DNA of 64,000 nucleotides. Source: Chiloscyllium plagiosum. Taxonomy: Eukaryota. Location of the stretch: the NCBI RefSeq assembly GCF_004010195.1, contig NC_057750.1:9956259-10020258 (forward strand), read 5' to 3'. The translations under genes were made by a program, and so were the position numbers. Below are positions 51,926 to 64,000 of this stretch, in pieces; positions within the stretch are counted from its first letter, which is position 1; every line of letters starts with the position of its first letter. A model generated the notes under the pieces. That model did not search any database. It was not told the DNA's origin and was given only the letters and a program-made list of their open reading frames with translations.

Positions 51926-53158
51926 ATGCAGGGGTGAGTCCGGGGATGGTGATGGGTTGAGCACTCACCCTATTTTGTATACCTCACCACCCCGAAAATG
52001 AAACCAATGGGGGCACATCACCTCCAGCCCACAGAGTGCAAGGAGGCTTGTGTGGGGCACAATCACTTGTGAATGGCCTGTTTCTGTGTTGAGGTTTCTT
52101 TTAAACCCACACAACCATTCATTACGAATAGCTCTGGATGTGGAAGGTGGTTGAAACACCTTTGGAAAGTTCAGCGTGTTAGCAGGAACTGTATCCACTC
52201 TGTCCACTGACTGAGTCACAGTCCTTGGCACCAGTGCACATGGGAACAATAGCTGTCTGTCACCACAGGGGCACGGACTGAAATACTGCCTGGAGACAAT
52301 CACATAAAACAATCCCCAAGATGGAAGAACAATGAGAAGCTGTCGGCTCAGAGCTGGCTTTGAAATATGCCCGGTGCCCTCAAACTCAAACAGTCAGTGG
52401 TGCATACACCCACACATGAGAACAATCACACCCTTCACCCTAAGACCAACTGATAGACTACAATGCGAGAGCATCACTGATGGACTTGTTATGTGCAGCA
52501 ACAAAGAGGCCACCCCCTCCTAGCAATGCCTTCCAAGTATGATCTATTGAGTGTAAATGTTTGACCAAATTGGGCCCTAGTTTCTTCCCTGCCTTTGGTA
52601 GCTATCTGAACTGTGATTGGTATTTAGAGATGCTGTTCAGTAAATATCGTTTTCCAAAGTTGCAAAGATAAGTTCGTCTACCTTTATGTATTCTGTCAAG
52701 GGACGGGGGTTTTGGCAGTATCTCTAGCTGGGCCATTTCAGAGTCAATCAGGTAAGAGTGGACCTGGAGTCACGCATATACACCACATTCCCTTCTGCAT
52801 AAACCCATTGACAAACCAAATGGATGTTTGCAACAATTGGCAATTGTTTATAATGGGTCTGGCGTTCAATTCCAGATCTTTCATTAACTGAGTTTAAATC
52901 CCACTAGCTGCCATGATGAGATTTGAACGCACATCCCCATATTGTTTGGCTTGCTAACTGAGGGAGCTTGTCACAACGCCACTGTCTTCCTCATTGGGGG
53001 TTGGTTAGCTCAGTTGGCTGGTTTGTCATGCAGAATGATGCAAACATCGTGGGTCCAATTTCCGCACTGGCTGTGGTTACCCTGAAAGATTCTCCTCAGT
53101 CTTACCAACTACCTTGCCTCAACTTGCAGATTTTTGCCTCTGCAATTCTCGCTATAAT

Positions 53159-53872
53159 GACACGGTGGCTCAGTGGTTAGCACTGCTGCCGCACAGCACT
53201 AGGGTCCCAGGTTCGATTCCAACCTCAGGTGACTATCTGTGTGGAGTTTGTACATTCTCCCTGTGTCTGCTGTCCAATTTCCTTTCACATTCCATAGATG
53301 TTACTGGATTGGTTGTCCTATAGTGTCCAAGGATGTGAAGGCGAGGTGCATTAGCCATGGGAAATGCAGAGTTACTGGGATGGGGTGGGTCTGGGTGGGA
53401 TGGTCTTCGAAGGGTCACTGCACTCTCGCTGGGGCTGAATGACTACCTTATGCACTGTAAGGAGTCACCACGTGGACTATCAGTTGAAGAGGATCTTTCA
53501 TCTCCCCCTTTCTCGGGGGGAGTTACTGGGGGCAGTCATAAATTCTGGGGACGTGCGGTGGTTCAGTGGTTAGCACTGCTGCCTCACAACGCCAGGGACC
53601 TGGATTCGATTGCAGCCTCAGGCTGTGTGGAGTTTGCACATTCTCCCTGTGTCTGCGTGGATTTCCTCCCACTGTCCAAAGATGTGCAGGTTAGGGTGAA
53701 TTGGCCATGCTCAATTGCCCATAGTATTCTGGGGTGTGTACGTTAGGTGCATTAGTCAGGGGTAAATATAGGGTAGGGGAATGGGTCTGGGTGGGTTTCT
53801 CTTCGGAGGGTCGATGTGGACCTGTTGGGCCAAATGGCCTGTTTCCACACTGTAGGGATTCTATGATTCTTA
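53159..53872 (+). mobile_element. Two HE1-type V-SINEs (53159-53462, 53550-53872)
   Basis: Two SINE heads and bodies. Confidence 0.85.
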
Positions 53873-54029
53873 TGTGAGGTGTGGTAATCCTCAGGTCAAG
53901 TTGTCACTCTTTAATGATGGAGCAGCTCTATAGTGTGTAAGACTTTTTATCTCCTTTTCCTTTGCCGGTTATCTCCAGTCCCCTTTGTAAGTGCCTCTTG
54001 AACTCCTAGTTCTGTATGCTTCCATTTAG

Positions 54030-54260
54030 GATCTTACAGACCGTAAGGCAATGAAGAGACGATTACAATTGCAAAAGCAAAAAGAACTCTTCGAAGGTGG
54101 GATCCAGAAAAGGAAAGGTCAGTTTGAGCTATCCAGAGCTGGAAAGCGACAGAGGTCTATTCTCAAGGGGAAAGCGGAGGGAAGCAGAGAGAGGGGTCGG
54201 CCTGGGTGTAGTTGGACGATAGCTGTTGTGGACTGGGTTGCAAATGTGGGTGTCCAGGAC
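54030..54260 (+). mobile_element. Old RTE-clade LINE C-terminal remnant
   Basis: ILKGKAEGSRERGRPGCSW resembles the RTE motif ILEGKIEG.R.RGRP...W. Confidence 0.5.
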
Positions 54261-54339
54261 AGACGAAGTACCAGTCAGCCACTACCGTCACCCAACAAAA
54301 AGCTTCTGATTGCAGTCTTGAGGGTTCACTTGACTTGCA

Positions 54340-54995
54340 GCCTTTACAGGCGAGTACAATTCAATCTCCCCCACTACAGGAAGGAGTTAGATAGGATTTA
54401 CCAGGACGTTGCCAGCACTGCAGGGTTTGAGTTATAGGGAGAGGCTGGGAGTTTTTCACTGGAGTGTAGGAGAGGTGACCTTATAGAGAGTTATAAAATC
54501 ATGAGGGGTATAGGTAAGGTGAATTGCCAAGCTCTTTGCCCATTCCAACTAGAGGGTGTATCTTCAAGCTAAGGGGATAAAAGTTTGAAAGGGACCTGGG
54601 GGACAACTTTTCCAATGTGGATTTCACCAGTTTCCTCATTTCCACGCTCCCCCCACCTTATCGTGGATCCAACCCTTCATCTCGGCATTGCCCTCCTGAC
54701 CTGTCCATCTTCCTTCCCGCCTATCCACTCCACCCTCCTCTCTGACTTATCACCATTACTCCCTCCTCCATCTATCTATCGCACTATCAGTCACCATCCC
54801 CCAGCCCAAACCCCCCTCCCATTTATCTCTCCATCCCCTCGGCCCACAGCCTCATTCCTGATGAAGGGCGTATGCCTGAAACGCTGACTCTCCTGCTCCT
54901 CGGATGCTGCCTGACCTGCTATGCTTTTCTAGCGACATACTTTTTGACTCAGAGGGTGGTGCGTGTATGGAATAAGTTGCCAGAGGAACTGGTAG
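54340..54995 (+). mobile_element. CR1 fragment with nested Penelope-like family A fragment (54617-54950)
   Basis: CR1 resumes at actcagagggtggtgcg; insert carries ctgatgaagggcgtatgcctgaaacgct. Confidence 0.75.
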
Positions 54996-55272
54996 ATTAG
55001 ATTCCCTACAGTGTGGAAACAGGTCCTTCAGCCCAACCAGTCCATACTGACCCTCCAAAGAGTAACCCATTCAGACCCATTTCCCTCTGACTAATGCACC
55101 TCACACTACAGGCAATTTAGCATGGCCAATCCACCCTAACCTGCGCATCTTTGGACTGTGGGAGGAAACCCAATGTGCAAGCTCCACACAGACAATCGCC
55201 CGAGGCTGGAATTGAACCCAGGGTCCCTGGCGCTGTGAGGCAGCAGTGCTAACCACTGAGCCACTGTGCCGC
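54994..55272 (-). mobile_element. HE1-type V-SINE
   Basis: Minus-strand consensus. Confidence 0.88.
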
Positions 55273-55313
55273 TCCAAAGCTAATGGGCTTTCCTGACCTC
55301 TCTGACATTCCTA

Positions 55314-55410
55314 CATTCCTGATGAAGGACTCCGGCCAGAAACGTCAACTCTCCTGCTCCTCGGATGTTGTCTAACCTGCTGCGCTTTTCCAGTGCCACA
55401 CTTTCCATCG
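55314..55410 (+). mobile_element. Penelope-like family A short copy
   Basis: cattcctgatgaaggactccggccagaaacgtc; helix II disrupted. Confidence 0.7.
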
Positions 55411-56510
55411 CTGGATTAACAGTGCAGCAATAATATCACTAGGCCATTGCCTCCCCTGAAGTTCTTCCACAAGGAGAAACATCGTCCTAGTACCCTCCAC
55501 CCAGTCCCCTCTGGATCTCATATAGTCTCAGTAAGATCACCTCTCATACTTCTAAATTCCAGTTGTTACAGGTCCAGCCTGTCCAAAGCACTAGAGGGAC
55601 TGAGTGGCCTGCTCCTATTCCCATTCCCATTCACATACAACACATGCCAGACCTTAGAGTCAAGTTCATCCTGCGTCGCCCCAGCAACAGGCCACAACAG
55701 ACCTGCAGCTGAGTTTACGCTCTTTGAGTTGCGTGAGATCATCTGAAACATCCAAGAAAGTTTTACCATCCACCATTAAGAACATAAGCCAGTTGAAAGA
55801 TAATATCCTGCCCATCAGGAGATTAAGGACTCGAATGAATGAAAGTACTGTGGATGCTGGAAACTTCAAATGAAAACAGAAAGTGCTGGAGAAACTCAGC
55901 AGATCTGCGGAGAGAGGAACAGAAGTTGGAATTCGAGTCTGATATGCTACAGCACAGAAAGAGACCCTTCAGCCCATCACATCCATACTGTTCAAAAACA
56001 ACCTTGTACCCATTCAAGTTCCATTTGCCAACACATGGGCTAGTCTTATAGACGTTTTTATGTCTTTGGAACCCTTCTGATATTAAGGACTGTTCCTAGG
56101 AGGAGTTAACTGCTCTGTATGTCATTGGCAACCTGTAGCTAAGGTTGTAATATGCACTTTCTCTTAAGTTGAATCTGATATCTCGCAAAAGACAAACATG
56201 TATTTAGCTGCAATATAACCAGCTAGTAATTGCTCTGTCATAAACATTTACTGTTTATTAGGATCGAACCTTTTTATTTTAATTCCATTACAGGATGTGG
56301 GCTCGACAGCATTCATTACCCATCCCTTATTGCCCAGAGGGTAGTTGGCGTTTAACCATGTGGCATCCATAAAGGGCCAGTTGTGAATCAGATGGGTTTG
56401 TTTATCCCCCTGACGATCAGTTTCATTGTCACAAACCTCCTAATTCCAGACTCCGATTGGATTCAAATTTCACCAGCTGTCATATTCCCCAGAATTCTGA
56501 CAGAATATCT

Positions 56511-57162
56511 CGGCAGGGTGGCTCAGTGGTTAGCGCTACTGCCTCACAGTGATAGGGTTCTGGGTTCAATTCCAGCCTCAAGCAACAGTCTGCGTGGAAT
56601 TTGCACATTCTCCCAGTGTCTGTGTGGGTTTTCTCCAGTTTCCCACAATCCAAAGATGTGCAGGTTAGGTGAACTGGCCATGCTAAATTGCCTCCTAGTG
56701 TTCAGGGCTGTGCAGGTTAGGATGGATTGGCCATGCTAAATTGCCCATAATGTCCAGGGATGTGTAGGCTTGGTGCATTATAGAGTCATAGAGATGTACA
56801 GCATGGAAACAGACCCTCCAGTCCAACTTATCCCAACCCAATCTAGTCCCACCTGCCAGCACCTGGCCCATATCCCTCCAAACCCTTCCTATTCATATAC
56901 CCATCCAGATACCTTTTCAATGCTGTAATTGTACCAGCCTCCACCACTTCCTCTGGCAGCTCATTCCATACACGCACCACCCTCTGCGTGAAAAAGATGC
57001 CCTTTAGGTCTCTTTTATATCTTTCCCCTCTCACGCATTAGTCAGGGGGAAATGTAGAATAAGAGGGGGGGGGGAATGGATCTGGGTGGGATTCTCTTTG
57101 GAGGGTTGGAGTGGACTTGTTGGGCCTGATGGCATGTTTCCACACTGTAGGGGTTCTATGAT
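56511..57162 (+). mobile_element. HE1 V-SINE interrupted by an antisense CR1 3' end (56781-57034)
   Basis: gcatta duplicated on both sides of the CR1 insert. Confidence 0.85.
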
Positions 57163-57558
57163 TACCTGTGTCTCTGGATTAATAGTCTAGTGATAATACT
57201 ACAAGGCATCATCTCCTTTGCTAAAGGTGTTATGAGGGCATTCTTGCCTGTTGCGTATCAGTAGATTAGACCAGACACCAATAAGAAGGATTGTTGGTCA
57301 TGAACTTACACTCAATATGTTGGCAGCCAGATATTAAGATGCTGAGAGGCAATGGTGATGTGAGAAAAGAGAGGAGATATTCATTCCACGGTATTCAGAC
57401 CTATTCCCCAGAAATGAAACGCCGGTCTCTAACTCACTACACCGGCCTGGCTACAATGACATTGTGATTACTGGATTAGTAAAGTAATGGTGTTTGAATC
57501 CCACTGTGGCAAGTGGACTATTGGAAAGACTAGGCTTAGTCATGGGGGTTGGGCCGTT

Positions 57559-57878
57559 ATAGAATCCCTATAGTGTGGAAACAGGCCCTTCAGCCCAACA
57601 AGTCCACTCCAACCCTCCAAAGAGTAACCCACCCAGACCCATTCCCCTACCCTATTATCTCATATTTACCCCTGACTAATGCACCTAATCTACACATCCC
57701 TGAACATTATGGGCAAGTTAGCATGGCCAATTCACCCTAACCTACATATCTTTGGACTGTGGTAGGAAACCGGAGCACCCAGAGGAAACCCACACAGACG
57801 GTCACCCGAGGCTGGAGTCGAACCTGGGACCCTGTCGCTGTGAGGCAGCAGTGCTAACCACTGAGGCATCATGTCACC
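57559..57878 (-). mobile_element. HE1-type V-SINE
   Basis: Minus-strand consensus. Confidence 0.85.
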
Positions 57879-57979
57879 CCACTCAGCTGGTTTGCGAAGT
57901 GGTGGGGATCCAACAGCATGGGTTCAATCCCCACATTAGCCGAGGTTACAAGAAAGGACTCTCCTTCCCAACCCGTTTT

Positions 57980-58222
57980 TTTGAGGGAAGAGATTTAAAA
58001 AAGACTCGAGGGGCAAATGTTTTACACAGAGGGTGGTTCACGTGTGGAATTAACTTCCTGAGGATGTGGGGACAGTTACAATGTTTAAAAGGCATTTGGA
58101 TAAGTTCATGACTAGTAAAGGTTTGGAGGGATATGTGCCAGGAGCAGGCTGGTGGGACTAGTTTAGTTTGGGCTTATGGACGGGTTGGACCGGAGGGTTC
58201 TGTTTCCGCACTGTACGACTCT
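57980..58222 (+). mobile_element. CR1/HER1 3' fragment
   Basis: Conserved 3' tail. Confidence 0.75.
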
Positions 58223-59230
58223 CCCCTCACCTGAGATATGGTGGCCCTCAGGTTAAATCACCACCAGTCGCCTCTCTCCATTGAGAGAGCAGTCCTATAG
58301 TCTGGTAAATCAGTGGCGACACAACAACAGCAGTCTTATTGGCTCACACCCCTCAGATCCTTATGGTCCTTAGCCACTTTAATCTACGTGTCTCCAAACA
58401 CTTGCAACAGTGCATGGCCTAGCAATTCAGTCTGATGCATTCAAAAGTGTGACTCTCTCAAAGATAGTTGGATGCGCAACAGATGCTGGCCTTGCAAAAG
58501 ATCCTGGTATTGTGAATGAATAAGGCGGGCTGTGGTGCGATGGTAGCTCAGGGAGGATAAAAGAGGGCTATCCAGGAGCTTTCGAGACTCGATTTGAACC
58601 CACCTCGTGTGGCCAAACTCTGTACACCATCCAGGAAATGAATAATCAGTCAACACTGGGAAACTGTCTCACCCAGCACTTAATCATTAACCTCAAACTT
58701 TCAGCTAAAAAAATCCCTGCTCTCATTTCAATAATCTGTTTCTTGTTACTGAATAGAATATGAAAAGATATCCCTTATAGTCTGGTGGGCAGGATATAAA
58801 TATATTTAAATTACCATCCATGCACTGCCATTCCATTTACTCATATTAAGGTTCTCTAGAAGTGCTCACATTATGATGAACGTTGAGAGCCCAAATCCTG
58901 CCTTGATTTAGACATGACTTGGTATCTCTAAGTAGGTTAGAAGGGGTTTTGGTGCCAATACACAAAAGGAGACTGTCCTGCGATGCTAACTCTATTCGTA
59001 GGATGGTGTGTGTCCTGCTACACATTTCCCCTGCTATTTGTTCAGACCCCAGTCATTTCCCAGTTTTCTATTCTCCTCACTGAGGGCTGTCACTCATGAT
59101 GTTATGAGTTCCATGGCAGTTTACTGGGTCTGCGTGTTATGGGCATTGACTCACCGCAGTTTGTGTTCCATAAACAAAAACGTTCCTTGCGCTGAGGGTT
59201 CCATATGCTGTCTGGCTACCCTGGTTACTC

Positions 59231-62041
59231 AGGCACTGACTCTCACTGGGGTACAGGTTCCACAGACACTGACTCTCACTGGGGTTACAGGTTCCACAGA
59301 CACTGACTCTCACTGGGGAACAGGTTCCACAGACACTGACTCTCACTGGGGTACAGGTTCCACAGACATTGACTCTCACTGGGGTACAGGTTCCACACAC
59401 ACTGAGGTACAGGTTCACAGACACTGACTCTCACTGGGGTTACAGGTTCCACAGACACTGACTCTCACTGGGGTACAGGTTCCACAGGCACTGACTCTCA
59501 CTGAGGTACAGGTTCACAGACACTGACTCTCACTGGGGTTACAGGTTCCACAGACACTGACTCTCACTGGGGTACAGGTTCCACACACACTGAGGTACAG
59601 GTTCACAAACACTGACTCTCACTGGGGTTACAGGTTCCACAGACACTGACTCTCACTGGGGTACAGGTTCCACAGGCACTGACTCTCACTGGGGTACAGG
59701 TTGTACAGACACTGACTCTCACTTGGGTACAGGTTGTACAGACACTGACTCTCACTGGGGTACAGGCTCACAGACACTGACTCTCACTGGGGCACAGGTT
59801 CCACAGGCACTGACTCTCACTGAGGTACAGGTTGTACAGACACTGACTGTCACTGGGGTACAGGTTGTACAGACACTGACTCTCACTTGGGTACAGGTTC
59901 CACAGGCACTGACTCTCACTGAGGTACAGGTTCCACAGGCACTGTCTCTCACTGGGGTACAGGTTGTACACACACTGACTCTCACTGGGGTTACAGGTTC
60001 CATAGACACTGTCTCTCACTGGGGTACAGGTTCACAGACACTGACTCTCACTGGGCACAGGTTCCATAGACACTGACTCTCACTGGGGTACAGGTTCACA
60101 GACACTGACTCTCACTGACTCTCACTGGGGTACAGGCTCACAGACATTGACTCTCACTGGGGTACAGGTTCACAGGCAGTGACTCTCACTGGGGTACAGG
60201 TTCACAGACACTGACTCTCACTGACTCTCACTGGGGTACAGGTTCACAGACACTGACTCTCACTGACTGTCACTGGGGTACAGGTTCCACAGACACTGAC
60301 TCTCACTGGGGTACAGGTTCACAGGCACTGACTCTCACTGGGGTACAGGTTCTACATGCACTGAGTGTAACTAGGTTACAGGTTTAGATTAGATTCCCCA
60401 CAGCCAATTCACCTGGCCTGCACATCTTTGGACTGTGGGAGGAAACCGGAACACCCGGAGGAAACCCACACAGACACAGGGAGAATGTACAAGTTCCACA
60501 CAGACAGTTGCCCGAGGCTGGGATCGAACCTGGGACCCTGGTGCTGTGAGGCAGCAGTGCTAACCACTGAGCCACCATGCCGCCCCAGGTGCCACAGACA
60601 CTGACTCTCACTGGGGCACAGGTTCACAGACACTGACTCTCACTTGGGTACAGGTTCCACAGGCGTTGACACTCACTGGGGTATACGTTGTACAAATACT
60701 GACTCTCGCTGTGGTACAGCTTCCACAGGCACTGGTTCTCACTGGGTTACACCTTCCACAGGCACTGGCTCTCACTGGGTTACAAGTTCACCGACACTGA
60801 CTCACACTGGGGTACAGGTTGTACAGACACTGACTCTCACTGGGGTACAGGTTGTACAGACACTGACTCACACTGGAGTACAGTTCCATAGACACTGACT
60901 CTCACTGGGGTACAGGTTCCACCTACACTGACTCTCACTGGGGTACAGGGGTACAGACACTGACTCTCACTGGGGTACAGGTTCCACAGGCACTGACTCT
61001 CACTGAAGTACAGGTTGTACAGACACTGATTCTCACTGGGGTACAGGTTCCACCGACACTGTCTCTCACTGGGGTTGGGGTACAGGTTCCACAGACAGTG
61101 ACTCTCACGCGGGTATAGGTTCACAGACACTGACTCTCACTGGGGTACAGGTTCCACAGGCACTGACTCTCACTGGGGTACAGGTTCCACAGGCACTGAC
61201 TCTCACTGGGGTACAGGTTCCACAGGCACTGACTCTCACTGGGGTACAGGTTCCACAGGCACTGACTCTCACTGGGGTACAGGTTCCACAGGCACTGACT
61301 CTCACTGGGGTACAGGTTCCACAGGCACTGACTCTCACTGGGGTACAGGTTCCACAGGCACTGACTCTCACTGGGGTACAGGTTCCACAGGCACTGACTC
61401 TCACTGGGGTACAGGTTCCACAGGCACTGACTCTCACTGGGGTACAGGTTCCACAGGCACTGACTCTCACTGGGGTACAGGTTCCACAGGCACTGACTCT
61501 CACTGGGGTACAGGTTCCACAGGCACTGACTCTCACTGGGGTACAGGTTCCACAGGCACTGACTCTCACTGGGGTACAGGTTCCACAGGCACTGAACCCC
61601 CACTGGGGTACAGGTCCACAGACACTGACTCTCACTGGGGTACAGGTTCCACAGGCACTGACTCTCACTGGGGTGCAGGTTCACAGACACTGACTCTCAC
61701 TGGGGTACAGGTTCCACACGCACTGACTCTCACTGGGATACAGATTCACAGACACTGACTCTCACTGGGGTGCAGGATCACAGACACTGACTCTCACTGG
61801 GGTACAGGTTGTACAGACACTGACTCTCACTGGGGTACAGGTTCCACAGGCACTGACTCTCACTGGGGTACAGATTGTACAGACACTGACTCTCACTGAG
61901 GTACTGGTTCCACAGGCACTTACTCTCACTGGGGTACAGGTTCCACAGACAGTGACTCTCACGCGGGTATAGGTTCACAGACACTGACTCTCACTGGGGT
62001 ACAGGTTCCACAGGCACTGACTCTCACTGGGGTACAGGTTG
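59231..62041. repeat. 33-bp minisatellite (cactgactctcactggggtacaggttccacagg), interrupted by an HE1 SINE at ~60385-60586 (-)
   Basis: Tandem units; run of identical units at ~61128-61590. Confidence 0.97.
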
Positions 62042-63104
62042 CACCAACCCGCAGTGTGCAGGGGGCACAGTTCCTCACTGGTTCTTGGTAATTATAAACA
62101 GAGGTATAATCACCTGATGTAACTAAAACAATATCTAAGGCTCAAGTGTTTTTGTCCACAATGGAAGTCAGGCTCCTTTCTGCTCAGCCAAGGATTTGCG
62201 CATTTGGAATAATATCTGGGCTTGCAGAAGCCTCTGAATAGAGCACACCCCTGAACTGAACAGCAGAGAAGTGAAATCCAAATACACTTTCAAAGCTTAA
62301 AGATGGTGGAGTGACTTATCAGAGCTTTTCAAGGTTCCCGCAGTAGATTGCGTAAGTAGGAACAGACAGCATTTTTCAAGGAGTTACTGTGTAGGTGTGT
62401 AACTGACTTTTGTCTTGTAATTAGATCATGTGTGAGGGAGTCGAAATACCACACTCCCTGAGAAAGCATTAAGGGAAATGTATGAGTGTGTGTGTGTGCG
62501 CGTCTGTGTGTGTGTGAGTGTGGGTGTGGGTGTGGGTGTGAGCGTGGCGTGTCCTGTTATCACCAGGATTGATAAATCAGCTCTTGTCGTTTCAACTCTC
62601 TCCCCATGGCAAAAAAATGTATTTTAATTTTGGAATGCACCCTTTAATTAAATATATCGTTAACTCCATCAAAATAAATGAGCTAATTCACAAGGTTTTC
62701 TTGAAAGAGAAAGGAGAAATTTGATTGCCTGAGGGAAAAGTAAGAAAATGCAACATCAAACACACATACAAACACAGATAATAAGTTTCAAAAAAGGTCT
62801 CTGCACAGTCCTTATCATCCTTGAAGTATTAGATATTTAATTTGAGACCACAGCTTTAAATTCTTGATTATATCCTCAGCCCTGGGGAAGCTTGTCGATA
62901 TCGCTGAGTCTCTGTGAATGATGGGTTTCCCAGATTGCCTTTTTACTCTGTGTTGTTTTCTGAGCATTATAAGAAACAGGACAGAGAGAATTCCAGCTCT
63001 TGTTGTTACAAGTTCAACTTTCCTTTCCTCTCGCTTATGCTTATGAAATATGGTTTATTTGTATATTCCTAAGTCTGGCTGCATTGTCTTTCCCAGTTGA
63101 ATAG

Positions 63105-63842
63105 TTGCAGGCAATATGTCCAATATATCCTTCATCAGTCAGAACATTGAGTTACAGGGAGTTGGGACATCATGTTAGAGCTGTACAATTGGTGAGGCCA
63201 CATCTGGAGTACTGCATACAATCCTGGTTACCCTGCTATAGTAGAGATGTTACGCAACTGGAAAGGGTGCAAAAGAGATTTACAAGGATGTTACTGAGAC
63301 TTGAATTATAAGGAGAGGCTGAGTTTTTTTCCCCCTGTACCATCGGAGGCCAAGAGATGACCTTATTGAGGTTTAGAGTTGAGAGTGTGGTGTTGGATAG
63401 ACAAAGCAGGTCAGGTAGCATCTGAGGAACAGGGGAATCGATGTTTCAGGCAAAAGCCTTTCATCAGTCCTAACTTTCTCCTTATTGAGGTTTATAAAAC
63501 CTTGAGGGGCATAAATGAGGTGAATAGCAAATGTCTTTTCCCCAGGGTAGGGGAGTCCAAAACTAGAGGGCATAGGTTTAAGATGAGGGGGGAAATGTTT
63601 AAAAGGGACCTGACGGCAACCTTTTCACACAGAGGGTGGTGTGTGTACGGAATGAGTTGCCAGAGGAAGTGGTAGAGATGGATGCAATGAAAACATTTAA
63701 AAGGCATCGAACAAGTACATGGATAGGAAAGGTTTCGAGGGATATGGGCCAAATGCAGGCAAATGGGTCTAGTTCAGTTTAGGAAAGCTGTACAGCATAG
63801 ATGAGTTGGGCCGAAGGGTCTGCTTCTGTGCTGTATGACTCA
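63105..63842 (+). mobile_element. CR1/HER1 3' fragment with nested Penelope-like copy (63376-63479)
   Basis: LVRPHLEYCIQSW...; perfect 15-bp TSD ccttattgaggttta at 63361-63375 and 63480-63494. Confidence 0.88.
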
Positions 63843-64000
63843 ATGTGCAACTTGTTCAAATGTGAATAAAAGCAGACGATGTGAATTTCTTAACGCTGAC
63901 TCAGTTACCAGGTTCAATGTCTTTAGATAAAAAGAAAGCACAATTTCAATTTTTTCCACATTTGATTTCCTCATCTCACCTCAGTCTTTGGTCAAGTGCT

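Noticed and set aside
61105..61690. Cys-rich repeat proteins (PVRVSACGTCT)n and (YPSESQCLWNL)n
   Set aside because: A by-product of a 33-bp unit lacking stops in those frames; no exon evidence.

Overview
Repeat-rich vertebrate genomic DNA, almost certainly from a shark or other cartilaginous fish, judged by abundant HE1-type V-SINEs and HER1/CR1 LINE 3' ends. One protein-coding gene is recognisable: a radial spoke head gene (RSPH4A/RSPH6A family) on the + strand. Five coding exons (15295-24287) splice in frame with GT-AG boundaries; the first coding exon was not found and may lie in the 500-N gap beside a 3.8-kb satellite. One of its introns holds an antisense processed RPL35A pseudogene. The rest is SINEs, CR1/Tx1/Rex1/RTE-like LINE fragments, solo-LTR-like elements, a MITE and several minisatellites. 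The most notable signal is more than a dozen short Penelope-like retroelement copies from about 3 families. They carry minimal type I hammerhead ribozyme motifs (CUGANGA-A-helix II-GAAA-palindromic CG/GC-UH). Many are head-to-head inverted pairs flanked by 9-15 bp target-site duplications (TSDs), and most short copies begin within a few nt of the ribozyme CUGA core. Repeat coordinates are approximate, and family names come from recognition, not database searches.
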